Positions 9,001 to 15,335 of a DNA stretch of 32,000 nt are shown here, piece after piece (position 1 is the stretch's first letter; each line of letters begins with the position of its first letter). Where the stretch lies: assembly GCF_000039765.1 (NCBI RefSeq), contig NC_004460.2, positions 1,650,001 through 1,682,000 of the forward strand, read 5' to 3'. The position numbers and the translations under genes were made by a program. The DNA comes from Vibrio vulnificus CMCP6. GTDB lineage: Bacteria > Pseudomonadota > Gammaproteobacteria > Enterobacterales > Vibrionaceae. The notes beneath the pieces are model-generated. The model did not search any database. It was not told the origin of the DNA and was given only the letters and a program-made list of their open reading frames with translations.

Positions 9001-10516
9001 GATAACGGATGCAGCCAACATCGTGGCCAACAATGTTCAAGGTGATGAAGATAGCTATATCGCCCTGTCTGGATTGGATGTCAGTTTGATAGACCAAGAT
9101 GGTTCCGAGACCTTATCGGCGATGATTAAGGGCGTGCCTGATGGCGCTGTGCTGGTCTACAAAGTGGGTGAGAGCTATGAACTGTTGCCAAATAATGGTC
9201 TCGATGGCGGCACGTTTGCCGGCAAGCCAACCAGTGAATGGCAGCTAGATCCAAGCCGACTGGGTGAACTCTATCTTCTGCCTCCGCTGGATTTCAGTGG
9301 CGATATTTTGTTGACTATTGATGCCATTACGCAAGAAATCGGCACCACCGATATTGTCCACACTTCTGGCACGATGACAGTGGGCGTGCTGCCGGTGGGT
9401 GATGATGTACAGTTCTTTGGATTGGATAGCCAATACACAGGCACGGAAGGAGAAGCGCTCTCTATCCCTGTGACCATCAGCAGCAATGAAACCAATAGCG
9501 ATGAGTTTATTGTGCTGACCTTGCATGCCGAATTGACCTCCGATCCTTCCGCATTGAGCGGGCTGGATAAGATCATCGTCGATGGTCATGAAGCGTCATT
9601 CACTCAGCTCGGTGATGGTAGTTGGGTGGCGAGAGTGATTGTGCGAGCCAGTGAGGTCGGCAATATCGAACTCTACTCAGGCAATGCCTTTGGCACACTC
9701 AACTTGACCATGACCGCGCAAACCTTCGACAAGAACATTGTGTTGGGTTCTCTGGCGACAGATTTGGGTGAGGCGCAAACACAAACTATTGTTGTTGAAT
9801 TAGCTCCGGTACCCGATGAGCCCATTTTGACGCTGGATTACGTCACCATCGTGGCGGAAGCGAGTGGTGCCATTCCACTCAATCTTGATATGAGCATGGT
9901 TAACCCAGCCGATGGAGAAGAAGGGTATCTGACCATTTCGGGATTACCCGATGGTTTGGCCCTGTCGGCTGGCAGCAAAGAGTCGGGCGAATGGCTCGTT
10001 CCGGTTAACGATGTGGCCAACCTCAGTATTGTCTCCGGTTACACCGGCGCCGAGAGTTTCACCCTCACACTGACGCCAAGTGCGCAGTTGGGTGGTCAGA
10101 CGGCGACAGGAATTAGCCAAGAGTTGGATGTGCAGTTACTGGCAACCGGGGACAGCAGCTTAACTGCCACCAGTGGCGATGATCTGTTTGTCTTCAACTC
10201 AGACAGTTTAGGGGCGGTGGGGGATGCGACGGTCGATACCATCGCAGGGTTTGATATGTCTGCCAACAGCGACACCATTGATCTCAGTGCGATTTTGTCT
10301 GGTCTGGGTGTGAGTGACGGCGCGAGCGCCGATCAGTTTGTCGACTTGGTGCAAACCGGTGCGGATCTGCATATCAACATCAAGACTGATGGCGTGAATG
10401 CGGTGCAAACCATTGTGCTGAGTGACCTCAATCTTGAGGATTACTACGGCGCAGGGTTGACCGAAGCACAGGTGCTTCAGCAAATGATCGATGATCAAAA
10501 TCTGATTGTTCAGTAG
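2..10516 (+). CDS. Giant type I-secreted repeat adhesin (LapA/FrhA/CraA class), 5'-truncated by the window edge
   Basis: One uninterrupted frame runs from the window edge (codons at nt 2-7 are open) to TAG at 10514-10516. The TTG at nt 8 is an ORF-caller artefact inside a repeat. The protein contains ~100-aa Ig-like repeats ending in D.AGN, T1SS-143-type modules (LTSGG...LDH...TATD.DGD...DG..P) and ten DxDGSE modules. The C-terminus (DTIAGFDMSANSDTIDLSAIL...QTIVLSDL...LIVQ) matches my recollection of the VC_A0849-subclass T1SS C-terminal target domain. Dedicated T1SS genes follow directly. Confidence 0.93.
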   Translation, partial: VKLSLFLPVDHGEAQRLLTQILLEGTQTDADGTTETVIAPLPIVIEDAIVFPPLVDSASLTVTIDDGGDGYENALEVPGTRIHGNTVDVQDLRLVTITVTDSLGATLTFTTRVENNQYQIFLVDLSSLAEGPLTVEAEIHDAYGKVITANDTTIKDTLAEIDVAFDGQGDAFLNQFEVATTTLNGHVANVEDGQTINIEIIDGQGGRLTFTTVVSGDQWSLDVDLSTLSDGELTVHAQTIDIAGNPTTSHNTIVKDTQASITVEIDSGDDDLLNPAELTSVKVSGLVSHIEDGQSVNVVLSDSAGNTMTVQTTIVGGAWAIDNLDLSGFVDGEISATVSTVDVAGNPATATDSATVDTTAPTIDIDTFDGLNILQFKLGTNTALQGTTTGAEAGQPVVVTISDGTQSIRVTTSVDAAGSWQFATIDVSALNNRATWTLTATVTDAAGNSAVDDMPTLTFPDVVTVYEDLTVAIGSSGATSDINVEQAQFRFHEVQTDLESLTSFGQSITSTLSADGLTLTATRADGEILLTAHIASNAQVQLQLFLPVDHGDAQRLLTDLMIAGTQTDADGTTETVLTPLPIVIEDAIVFPPLVDSAEITVVIDDGGDGYENQFEVPAVRIHGNTVDVEDLRLVTITVTDVDGKVLTFTTRVSDNAYQVSPVDLSSLAEGPLTVEAEIHDVYGHSVSASDSTIKDTLAEISTDFQGNGDEFFNKAEITTSGITGTVSNVEDGQRIDIEVVDHLGNRLTFTATVSGNSWSINEDLSALAEGELTVHTQTIDVAGNPTTDTDTIVKDTRALISVNIASGSDALLNATEVTATDLFGRVFFVEEGQTVSVTVTDHAGKVLTFSTTVVNGRWEVADADLSSLADGPIAVTASVSDVAGNVATASDSVHVIDTLPPQIDIDTLDGLSVVDFRSGSLTTLQGTTTAEENQTVTVTISDGVNTLTYTTLVSASGSWQVEGVDIATLDQNREWQIQADVTDLAGNPANDGMPTVIYPDGAVFVEALVGILGEQNATVDLNIQFGEFTFHSDQSAFASLTSQGLALTVVISPDGQTLTATRTDGQQVLTAEIVGDQVKISLKKPIDEIRDLDATHTSLLIQATQTDADGTSETVVAPVSIVVLDSQPISFDDHYLATEGHNEFGNLLANDFDLDAPLLVKSILINGETHVVSQSTPLSLTLPEGILTIYSDGRWTMAVSRDLDHNQSQQVTFSYIAGDKSYDYDSANVVIDIRDGEAGRIESSNQTVTESLITADAQVLNSTIHVTGGSDNPDPDSLRFDESALLDFDALNLTSGESLLELSYQLSTDGKTITASSTGGEVIFTLAISGAVLSGSDVQASLTLTLNRPINQANGDDVTRLPVTITGTDSDGTTLISGDFVWHINDGANPTLANGDGVFLNEEGLLTQSSLVDNGTVNVTVGSDPIAELYFDLAGQPTLTSGGEEIAYTISPNGNVLQAYVGDISNVIFQVVIEEPSSENDSVINYQFTLYQALDQHDADEIDTIPLVISVRDTDGDVQRLPLDIEIQDGHQGELSSGTLVITELPKDDLTPSGITAEASVNLVVTADTDPIVAVTLAVANGQAVIDGNGVALTHNGEAIVWRVNGDGSYDAVLADGTRVLTVTLPDDVNVEADTAINVELSVHLYLPVDHHKPEADNQLSLSLPVTATDSDGTFVTSDSTLIIYDGETPVLTVAGNVTVDEHGIVGDGTENGIESVKHVLSIDGGSDDVADIQIDVAAFNAHGFTSGGLAITLHAQNSNGWFIAKNSAGEVVFKIRPNNNGKVDFSLQGALDHPDGNGTNLLDLPFEMWVIDADGDISSTETLTVTVTDDVPIAQNTSVELVEGDSYTTNLLPESVMGADGAEISSVTYRGTTYPLSADGSPVTIQLVNPNVPSEVYGTLVVHQDGTFELTTNPSVTTVPAISDTVSYVVIDGDGDQVTSTATLVLDDTAGILRVEDLEMREDEQGTLSIVVALGDRDQGEVVDSIEIDANSLQGGTLYLDGVALNAVGGKVILSGSQLLMIGNQVTVAGALTYQPATHLASNTATIVLAVSAIIASTTGSETLADTIDVNVFPVADVPTWQADLQYDYTLVEDSSEPLTLTLNADLVDSDSSESLSYLISGIPAGITVWLDGSQVNETTAYSEEELNRMTIRSDTNISGQFTFTVTAIATEAGSSFASPSDQTAVASQQVTINVRPDADTPSLSVKNIAGLEDQPLNLHDAIKGHLNDTDGSETLYYKLEVAEGWSVEGGTSSRLEDGTYWFSDAELVAGHIYLVPKEDISSVTETLSVKVTAVAVESNVDGLVPVNPSANSVTETITIRLTGVVDEPLAVDGGEGHWRYDAETKVISNQVDFIEDQLIPLDFVLVTSDDDGSEVINILITGIPDGVMLVDAAGQPVSLPISGEDPITGIIYQVTNSDLANLYLKVPEDYSGQLQLSLKVISTEPDGDSGEFPMTVDIEIKPQVDENSGSTLSSLGVEDNAVPLTLWPSLGADNDGSEEVIGYVIHAPEQGITLYFDGVEITIPTGGLDVSSLTDSLSPDLESLLTSGRLTAKGPMDFSGTLDIPVTYLVQDTSGTGAIDQKYVDATIAVNFDARVELDTRLEGNPRVLANTEGGPVDLTYAVRFVDMDVDGSEYLDYIVIKVPAGLTLIVDHPNGATQDGDGNWVIPAHGLTSDSVREMAALILKDATISSTQNTEIINLVISARVIDGEDARFIDAPIRVQFTGHDDGGGSCDPVGPPGDLTPGDDALQFNEGEDLDLSGLLDGNIGSDPNNELSFFISADKLPDGVMIEGEGVTIEYDSAGNIVGFVIPPEAMASLKITGLDEDFAGCLSLEVEIKETSGCNGDSVTTTQTIDIEILPVVDDLVVSSITSMDEDVVTQLDLSVVLGDSVEAGQTISGEGNSATGKETINSLMIKVPSGVTLVETPADTGLLTDNGDGTYTINDATRLTDISLVPPAHYSGDITLEVHANITDAADCVTQTDTQDKVSIVTIHIEPITDAANIVANNVQGDEDSYIALSGLDVSLIDQDGSETLSAMIKGVPDGAVLVYKVGESYELLPNNGLDGGTFAGKPTSEWQLDPSRLGELYLLPPLDFSGDILLTIDAITQEIGTTDIVHTSGTMTVGVLPVGDDVQFFGLDSQYTGTEGEALSIPVTISSNETNSDEFIVLTLHAELTSDPSALSGLDKIIVDGHEASFTQLGDGSWVARVIVRASEVGNIELYSGNAFGTLNLTMTAQTFDKNIVLGSLATDLGEAQTQTIVVELAPVPDEPILTLDYVTIVAEASGAIPLNLDMSMVNPADGEEGYLTISGLPDGLALSAGSKESGEWLVPVNDVANLSIVSGYTGAESFTLTLTPSAQLGGQTATGISQELDVQLLATGDSSLTATSGDDLFVFNSDSLGAVGDATVDTIAGFDMSANSDTIDLSAILSGLGVSDGASADQFVDLVQTGADLHINIKTDGVNAVQTIVLSDLNLEDYYGAGLTEAQVLQQMIDDQNLIVQ
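14..1630 (+). repeat. Adhesin super-repeat copy 1 (539 codons: tail of a T1SS-143-type module plus four Ig-like domains plus head of the next module)
   Basis: It begins LFLPVDHGEAQRLL and is collinear with nt 1631-3247 at an offset of exactly 1617 nt. Confidence 0.9.
1631..3247 (+). repeat. Adhesin super-repeat copy 2
   Basis: It begins LFLPVDHGDAQRLL and has the same domain order as copy 1. The first ~160 residues are near-identical and the rest are clearly homologous but diverged. Confidence 0.9.
3248..3385 (+). repeat. Truncated third start of the super-repeat (module tail only)
   Basis: KKPIDEIRDLDATHTSLLIQATQTDADGTSETVVAPVSIVVLDSQP aligns with the LFLPVDHG...TQTDADGTTETV..PLPIVIEDAIVFPP tail. 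It then switches to a different, VCBS/cadherin-like domain (GNLLANDFDLD). Confidence 0.75.
3701..5506 (+). repeat. Four tandem T1SS-143-type repeats (about 142-159 aa each; breaks near 4177, 4606 and 5081)
   Basis: Each unit has an (L/F)T(S/H)xG core (LTSGESLLEL, LTSGGEEIAY, LTHNGEAIVW, FTSGGLAITL). A later acidic element (LDQHD, PVDHH, LDHPD; weak NRPINQ in the first unit) is followed by a TD.DG stretch. Units end in INDGANP, IQDGHQG, IYDGETP and VTDDVP. Confidence 0.7.
5861..10130 (+). repeat. Ten divergent ~117-145 aa modules carrying a DxDGSE-type acidic motif followed by (I/V)xG(I/V)PxG
   Basis: Motif instances: DSDSSESLSYLISGIPAG (~6330), DTDGSETLYY (~6690), DDDGSEVINILITGIPDG (~7112), DNDGSEEVIGYVIHAPEQG (~7488), DVDGSEYLDYIVIKVPAG (~7890), a degenerate SDPNNELSFFISADKLPDG (~8320), a degenerate TGKETINSLMIKVPSG (~8722), DQDGSETLSAMIKGVPDG (~9085), a degenerate TNSDEFIVLTL (~9490) and PADGEEGYLTISGLPDG (~9908). 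Confidence 0.7.
10163..10513 (+). other. C-terminal type I secretion target domain of the adhesin
   Basis: TATSGDDLFVFNSDSLGAVGDATVDTIAGFDMSANSDTIDLSAILSGL...HINIKTDGVNAVQTIVLSDLNLEDYYGAGLTEAQVLQQMIDDQNLIVQ. This is the extreme C-terminus and sits directly upstream of the exporter genes. Confidence 0.8.
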
Positions 10517-10527
10517 TTGGGAGTGGT

Positions 10528-12681
10528 ATGAACACAATCGTGGAAGAGAGACAAGATCACTGGTTAACGGCCATTCTTTGGGCATGCCAACATTTTGGTA
10601 TTCGTTGTCACGCCTTGAAGGTGGTCAATGGCTTGCCCCTTGAAAATGGCCAATTAAGTGAAGCTTTGTTTCAACGAGCGGCAGAGCAAGCGCAGCTAGA
10701 GGTCGGCCTCACCAGCTTGTCACTGCTGGAACAGGCCACTTTCCCTTGTTTAGCCGTGGAGAAGCAAGGTAGCCCGCTGCTGATTTTGGGGCGAGAAGGC
10801 GAGCATTACCGCTGTTTATCGCCGCATCAGGCCAATAGTGATGTGACCTTGAGCTTGGATGAGCTGAAAACGCAAGTGAAAGAGGGCATATGGCAGCTTT
10901 CGACACAGGTTGCCGCTGATGGCCGTGTTGAAAGTTTGATTGAAGAAAAGCCCGTTCATTGGTTTCGCCAAGTGCTGATGGAAGTGCGGCCTTGGTATCG
11001 TGATCTCTTACTGGCCTCGTTTGTCATTAACCTACTGGCGATGGTCGTGCCGCTGTTTACTATGAATGTGTACGACCGCGTGGTGCCGAATCAAGCCTTC
11101 CATACCCTTTGGGTGCTTTCTGTCGGTGTCATCATCGTGGTGGTGTTTGATTGGGTATTACGAGAAGCGCGCAGCTCAGTGACCGATATGGCGGGTCGCT
11201 ATGTCGAAAACAAACTGTCAGCGCAATTGTTCCAAAAAGTGTTGGGGATGCGCCTTGAGCAGCGACCTCAGTCGGTGGGGGCATTTGCCCGCCAGTTGCA
11301 AGATTTCGATAGCGTCAAAGATTTCCTCACCTCAGTGTCACTGGTTACTTTAGTGGATCTACCGTTTACGCTGTTCTTCCTCCTGCTGATTGGCTGGTTA
11401 GGCGGCGCGATGATGTTGATCCCGCTGGCGGTCATGGCGGCGTTATTGCTGCTCAGTTTTGTGATGAAAGGTCGCCTTGCACAAACCTTTACTGAATCGG
11501 CGCGTCTTTCTACGCAACGCCAAGCCCATGTCTACGATAGCCTGTCAGCGCTGACGGACATCAAGCAAAACAATGCTGAAGGGATGACACAAAAACGCTG
11601 GGAACAGACGGTTTCTGCGTTGTCGGAATGGCAAACCCGTTCGCGTTTTTATTCCAACATCGTTTCTCACTCCATTATGTCGAGCCAGCAAGTGGTGACG
11701 ATCGCCTTGATCATTTTCGGCGTGTATCAGATTGCCGAAGGGCTATTGAGCATGGGAGGCTTGATTGCCATTGTGATGCTCAGCGGGCGTGCAGCGTCTT
11801 CGATTAACCAGCTTTCTATGCTGATGCTGCGTTACCAGCAGACGCAAACCGCAATGGAAGGGCTCAACCAGATCATGGCCACGCCTCAAGAATCTACGTC
11901 ACATCAAGTGATGGACAGAGGCGAGTTCCACGGGAATGTCGCTTTGCGAAACGTCAGCTTCGCCTACCCAGAGATGCAGATCCACGCGTTGGAAGCGATC
12001 TCACTAGATATCAAAGCGGGAGAGAAAATCGGTGTTATCGGCAATGCTGGCTCAGGAAAGTCTACTTTAATGGCGTTGCTTGCTCGTCAGTTGCTGCCAA
12101 CCGCTGGGCAAATGTATTACGAAACCATTGATGCGCAGTTATGGCCGCCCAGCGTTATTCGTGCGGGGATTGGCTGGGTTGGTCAAAACCCTGGGCTGAT
12201 TTATGGCACCATCTATGAAAACATCACCTTTGGCGACCAAAGCATTGATGAGCAAAGATTACTCAACGCGGTGATGCTCTCTGGCCTCAATGATTACATG
12301 CCTCGCTTAGCGAATGGCTTAGAAACTCAGGTGGGTGAGCAGGGGCGTTTTCTCTCTGGGGGGCAGCGTCAGGCGGTGGCGATCGCTCGCGCGATCTATC
12401 GCGATCCTGCAATGTTGCTTTTGGACGAACCCACCAGTGCATTAGACAAAGCGGCAGAAGAGTGTTTTTTCCACGCTTTACAGCGTTTGCCAGCGGACAA
12501 AACCTTGGTCATCAGTTCACATAAGCAGAGTTTTCTTACCCTTTGCGATCGCATTTTAGTGCTCGATAAAGGTAAATTGGTGGCACAAGGCACCCCGCAT
12601 GAGATCTTCACGCAACAAGGTTCGGCAAGAGTGCGCAGCCGAGTGAAATCAGTGAGTGTGGTCAAAGGAGGGCAATCATGA
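10528..12681 (+). CDS. Type I secretion ABC transporter (HlyB/LapB-like) with N-terminal C39-like domain
   Basis: Walker A GNAGSGKST, signature LSGGQRQAVAIARA and Walker B MLLLDEPTSALD are present, with a multi-TM core in between. The ~130-aa N-terminal domain resembles a C39 peptidase fold, but the catalytic Cys position appears substituted (QDHWLTAILWACQHFG). A GGGAG RBS sits 4 nt before the ATG, and the gene starts 11 nt after the adhesin stop. Confidence 0.92.
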   Translation: MNTIVEERQDHWLTAILWACQHFGIRCHALKVVNGLPLENGQLSEALFQRAAEQAQLEVGLTSLSLLEQATFPCLAVEKQGSPLLILGREGEHYRCLSPHQANSDVTLSLDELKTQVKEGIWQLSTQVAADGRVESLIEEKPVHWFRQVLMEVRPWYRDLLLASFVINLLAMVVPLFTMNVYDRVVPNQAFHTLWVLSVGVIIVVVFDWVLREARSSVTDMAGRYVENKLSAQLFQKVLGMRLEQRPQSVGAFARQLQDFDSVKDFLTSVSLVTLVDLPFTLFFLLLIGWLGGAMMLIPLAVMAALLLLSFVMKGRLAQTFTESARLSTQRQAHVYDSLSALTDIKQNNAEGMTQKRWEQTVSALSEWQTRSRFYSNIVSHSIMSSQQVVTIALIIFGVYQIAEGLLSMGGLIAIVMLSGRAASSINQLSMLMLRYQQTQTAMEGLNQIMATPQESTSHQVMDRGEFHGNVALRNVSFAYPEMQIHALEAISLDIKAGEKIGVIGNAGSGKSTLMALLARQLLPTAGQMYYETIDAQLWPPSVIRAGIGWVGQNPGLIYGTIYENITFGDQSIDEQRLLNAVMLSGLNDYMPRLANGLETQVGEQGRFLSGGQRQAVAIARAIYRDPAMLLLDEPTSALDKAAEECFFHALQRLPADKTLVISSHKQSFLTLCDRILVLDKGKLVAQGTPHEIFTQQGSARVRSRVKSVSVVKGGQS

Positions 12682-14006
12682 GCAGTCAGATCATGTGGTC
12701 GAATAACCGCATTGCTTACCGTTCTCGTCGTCTCATTTGGCTTTGCGCTGCGTTGGTGTTGGCGATAGGGGTTTGGGCCTCATGGGCGACCCTAGATGAG
12801 GTAGTGGTAGGCGACGGCAAAGTGGTGCCAAGCTTGTCGATTCAAACCATACAAAGTTTGGAAGGCGGCATCATTAAGCAAGTGCTGGTGTCGCAAGGGG
12901 AACAAGTGGTGAAAGGGCAGCCGTTGATGGTTCTCGATGACACCCGCTTTCGCGCTTCTTACCAAGAGTCGGATCAACAATTGCAAACCTTGCTCGCGCA
13001 GAAAAAGCGTTTGGATCTCGAGCTGCAAAGCATTGTGGTTGACGGGCGAGCCACGGATTGGCAGCAACAAGTGCGCATTGCCAAGCAACCTTACCCAAGT
13101 GGGCAAGATGAAGTCACTCGCGCCGAGTTTAATGCGCGAGAAAACTACCATCAACGTTTGGAACAGTTGGACTCGGAACTGGAAGAATCCGCCCTGCGTA
13201 TTGAGCAGCAGTCTCAAGCCTATCAAGATACGTTAAACAACATTCGCACCTTGGAAAACAGCATGGCGATTGTACAGAAAGAGCTCAACATGCTGGAAGA
13301 TGTCGTGAAAACAGGGGCAGTGGCCGAAGTGGAGCTGCTTAAACTCAAGCGCGACTACGTCAAGCTGCAAGGCGATATTTCTAGTGCAAAAGTGCTGGCA
13401 CAGAAACAAAAAGCGGCCTATTCCGAGTCGATTGCGGATTATCGCGGCATTGCGCTCGATTTTCGCACCAAAGCGCGGGGTCAGTTGAATGAAGTGGTGG
13501 CAGAGCTCGCGCGCTTGCAGGAGAGCCAATCGGCGATAGCCGACCAATTGCGCCGCACGGAAATTTTGTCACCGGTGGATGGCACGGTAAAAGATGTCTT
13601 GATCCGCTCGATTGGTGGTGTGGTGCGCCCGGGTGAACCGATTATGGAGTTGGTGCCGCTCGATAGCCGCTTAATTGTGGAAGCGAGAATTGCGCCACAA
13701 GATATTGCGTACGTCAAAGTTGGTTTAGAAGCCACGGTCAAGTTTACCGCTTATGACTTCGTTATCTATGGTGGGCAGAAAGGCAAAGTGGTGTATGTGA
13801 GTGCTGACTCACTCAAAACCGAAGAAGGCGACCCGTATTATCGTGCTCATATTGAATTGATGACCGATGACGCATCACAACAGAATTTTAGGATTATCCC
13901 CGGTATGCAGGCGATGGTCGACATATTGTCGGGAGAGAAAACCGTATTGAGCTATTGGCTTAAGCCGCTTCTCAGAGCCAAAGAGACGGCGTTAAGAGAG
14001 CCATAA
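12678..14006 (+). CDS. Type I secretion membrane fusion protein (HlyD/LapC family)
   Basis: ATGA start/stop overlap with the ABC gene. It has a single N-terminal TM (LIWLCAALVLAIGVWASW), a lipoyl-like hairpin (GKVVPSLSIQTIQSLEGGIIKQVLVSQGEQVVKGQPLMVLDD), a long coiled-coil centre and a C-terminal barrel (ILSPVDGTVKDV...PGMQAMVDI). Confidence 0.92.
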   Translation: MSSQIMWSNNRIAYRSRRLIWLCAALVLAIGVWASWATLDEVVVGDGKVVPSLSIQTIQSLEGGIIKQVLVSQGEQVVKGQPLMVLDDTRFRASYQESDQQLQTLLAQKKRLDLELQSIVVDGRATDWQQQVRIAKQPYPSGQDEVTRAEFNARENYHQRLEQLDSELEESALRIEQQSQAYQDTLNNIRTLENSMAIVQKELNMLEDVVKTGAVAEVELLKLKRDYVKLQGDISSAKVLAQKQKAAYSESIADYRGIALDFRTKARGQLNEVVAELARLQESQSAIADQLRRTEILSPVDGTVKDVLIRSIGGVVRPGEPIMELVPLDSRLIVEARIAPQDIAYVKVGLEATVKFTAYDFVIYGGQKGKVVYVSADSLKTEEGDPYYRAHIELMTDDASQQNFRIIPGMQAMVDILSGEKTVLSYWLKPLLRAKETALREP

Positions 14007-14023
14007 ACAGAAAAGGAAAGGGA

Positions 14024-15334
14024 ATGCGTTCAAAATTACTCATGGTGTCATGGGCACTGGCGCTGCCACATGCGCATGCAATCTCACTGGAGGAGTCGGT
14101 GGCATCGGCCATTGATTACAGCCCAGAAGTGCTTGCCCAGTACTCGCGCTATCAATCGGTCATCCGAGATATGGACGGTGCCGAGGGCTTTTATCTGCCA
14201 CAAGTGAAGCTCTACGGCGCGATCGGCTACGAGGAAACCTACTACAACAGTGGTCGAAAAATCGATGACGAAGATCGTGGTCTCACGCGCAGTGAGCTTG
14301 GGGTGAAAGTGTCGCAGCTGTTGTTTGATGGAATGAAAACCACCGCCAATGTCGACCGTCTCAGCTTTGAAGCGGAATCTGAACGTTTGGCATTACTCTC
14401 CGATGCAGAAAACGTTGCCTTGGATGTGGTGAAGGTTTATTTAGAATACCTTAAAGCACAAACCATGCTGGATCTGGCCGAGCGTAATGTCAGCGAACAT
14501 GAAGAGATCTATCAAGATATTCTGGAAAGAACGGGCAAAGGCTTGAGTAGCCATTCTGATTTGGCGCAGATTTCAGCACGAGTGGCGACCAGTAAATCGT
14601 CCATGATTGCCGCGCAGAACAACCTTTATGATTTAGAAACCCAGTTTATTCGTTTGGTTGGCAAACCCGCTCGTGAGTTGGTGGATCCGGTATTTGATCT
14701 TGCGCTACTGCCACCTAGTCGTGAGGTAGCGGTGCAACAAGCGGTAGACAACCATCCGGAAATTCGCGCCGCCATTCAAGATATTGAAGCGGCGCGTAAA
14801 GAGATCAAGCGCGAGAAAAGTGGCTATTACCCAGAGATCAAACTGGAGCTGCAAGCCAACAAAAACGAGAACATCGGTGGTGCGGAAGGGCGTGATGAAG
14901 ATGCGCGCATCATGTTGACCCTCGATTACGATCTGTTTAATGGCGGTTCAACTAATGCACGGGTGGAGTCTTCGGCATGGCGAGCAGAGCAAGCTCGTGC
15001 AATTCGCATTCGCACAGAACGTCAAGTGAGAGAAGGAACGGAATTGGCTTGGCACGCCTACGACATGCTGGCCAAGCAAAAGCAACTGCTGCAACAAAAC
15101 GTGGATTCCGCCAAAGTGGCTGAGCAGGGCTACATTCAACAATTTTCGGTCGGAAGACGCAGTCTACTGGATGTGCTGGATGCGAAAGTGGAAGTGTTCT
15201 TGGCCCGCAGAAACTGCGTGGCTGCACAGTATGACCACACCTTGTCTGCGTATCGATTACTCAATGCAATGGGGCTGCTTACCTATGCGTTACGCGTAGA
15301 ACATCCACAAGAATGGCAGGCAAAGGAGAAATAA
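14024..15334 (+). CDS. TolC-family outer-membrane factor of the T1SS (LapE/AggA-like)
   Basis: The signal peptide ends ALPHAHA|ISLEE. The ~430-aa length, two internally similar helical/barrel halves and a TolC-like N-terminus (SLEESVASAIDYSPEVLA) fit the family. The gene starts 17 nt after the MFP stop with an AAGGAAAGGGA RBS. Confidence 0.88.
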   Translation: MRSKLLMVSWALALPHAHAISLEESVASAIDYSPEVLAQYSRYQSVIRDMDGAEGFYLPQVKLYGAIGYEETYYNSGRKIDDEDRGLTRSELGVKVSQLLFDGMKTTANVDRLSFEAESERLALLSDAENVALDVVKVYLEYLKAQTMLDLAERNVSEHEEIYQDILERTGKGLSSHSDLAQISARVATSKSSMIAAQNNLYDLETQFIRLVGKPARELVDPVFDLALLPPSREVAVQQAVDNHPEIRAAIQDIEAARKEIKREKSGYYPEIKLELQANKNENIGGAEGRDEDARIMLTLDYDLFNGGSTNARVESSAWRAEQARAIRIRTERQVREGTELAWHAYDMLAKQKQLLQQNVDSAKVAEQGYIQQFSVGRRSLLDVLDAKVEVFLARRNCVAAQYDHTLSAYRLLNAMGLLTYALRVEHPQEWQAKEK

Positions 15335-15335
15335 T

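Noticed and set aside
2-10516. Interpretation of the giant ORF as a MARTX or pore-forming RTX toxin
   Set aside because: There are no tandem GGxGxDxUx blocks, no recognisable effector or cysteine-protease domains and no adjacent acyltransferase gene. The architecture of Ig-like extender plus repeat modules plus a dedicated TolC-family gene fits a LapA/Bap-type adhesin.
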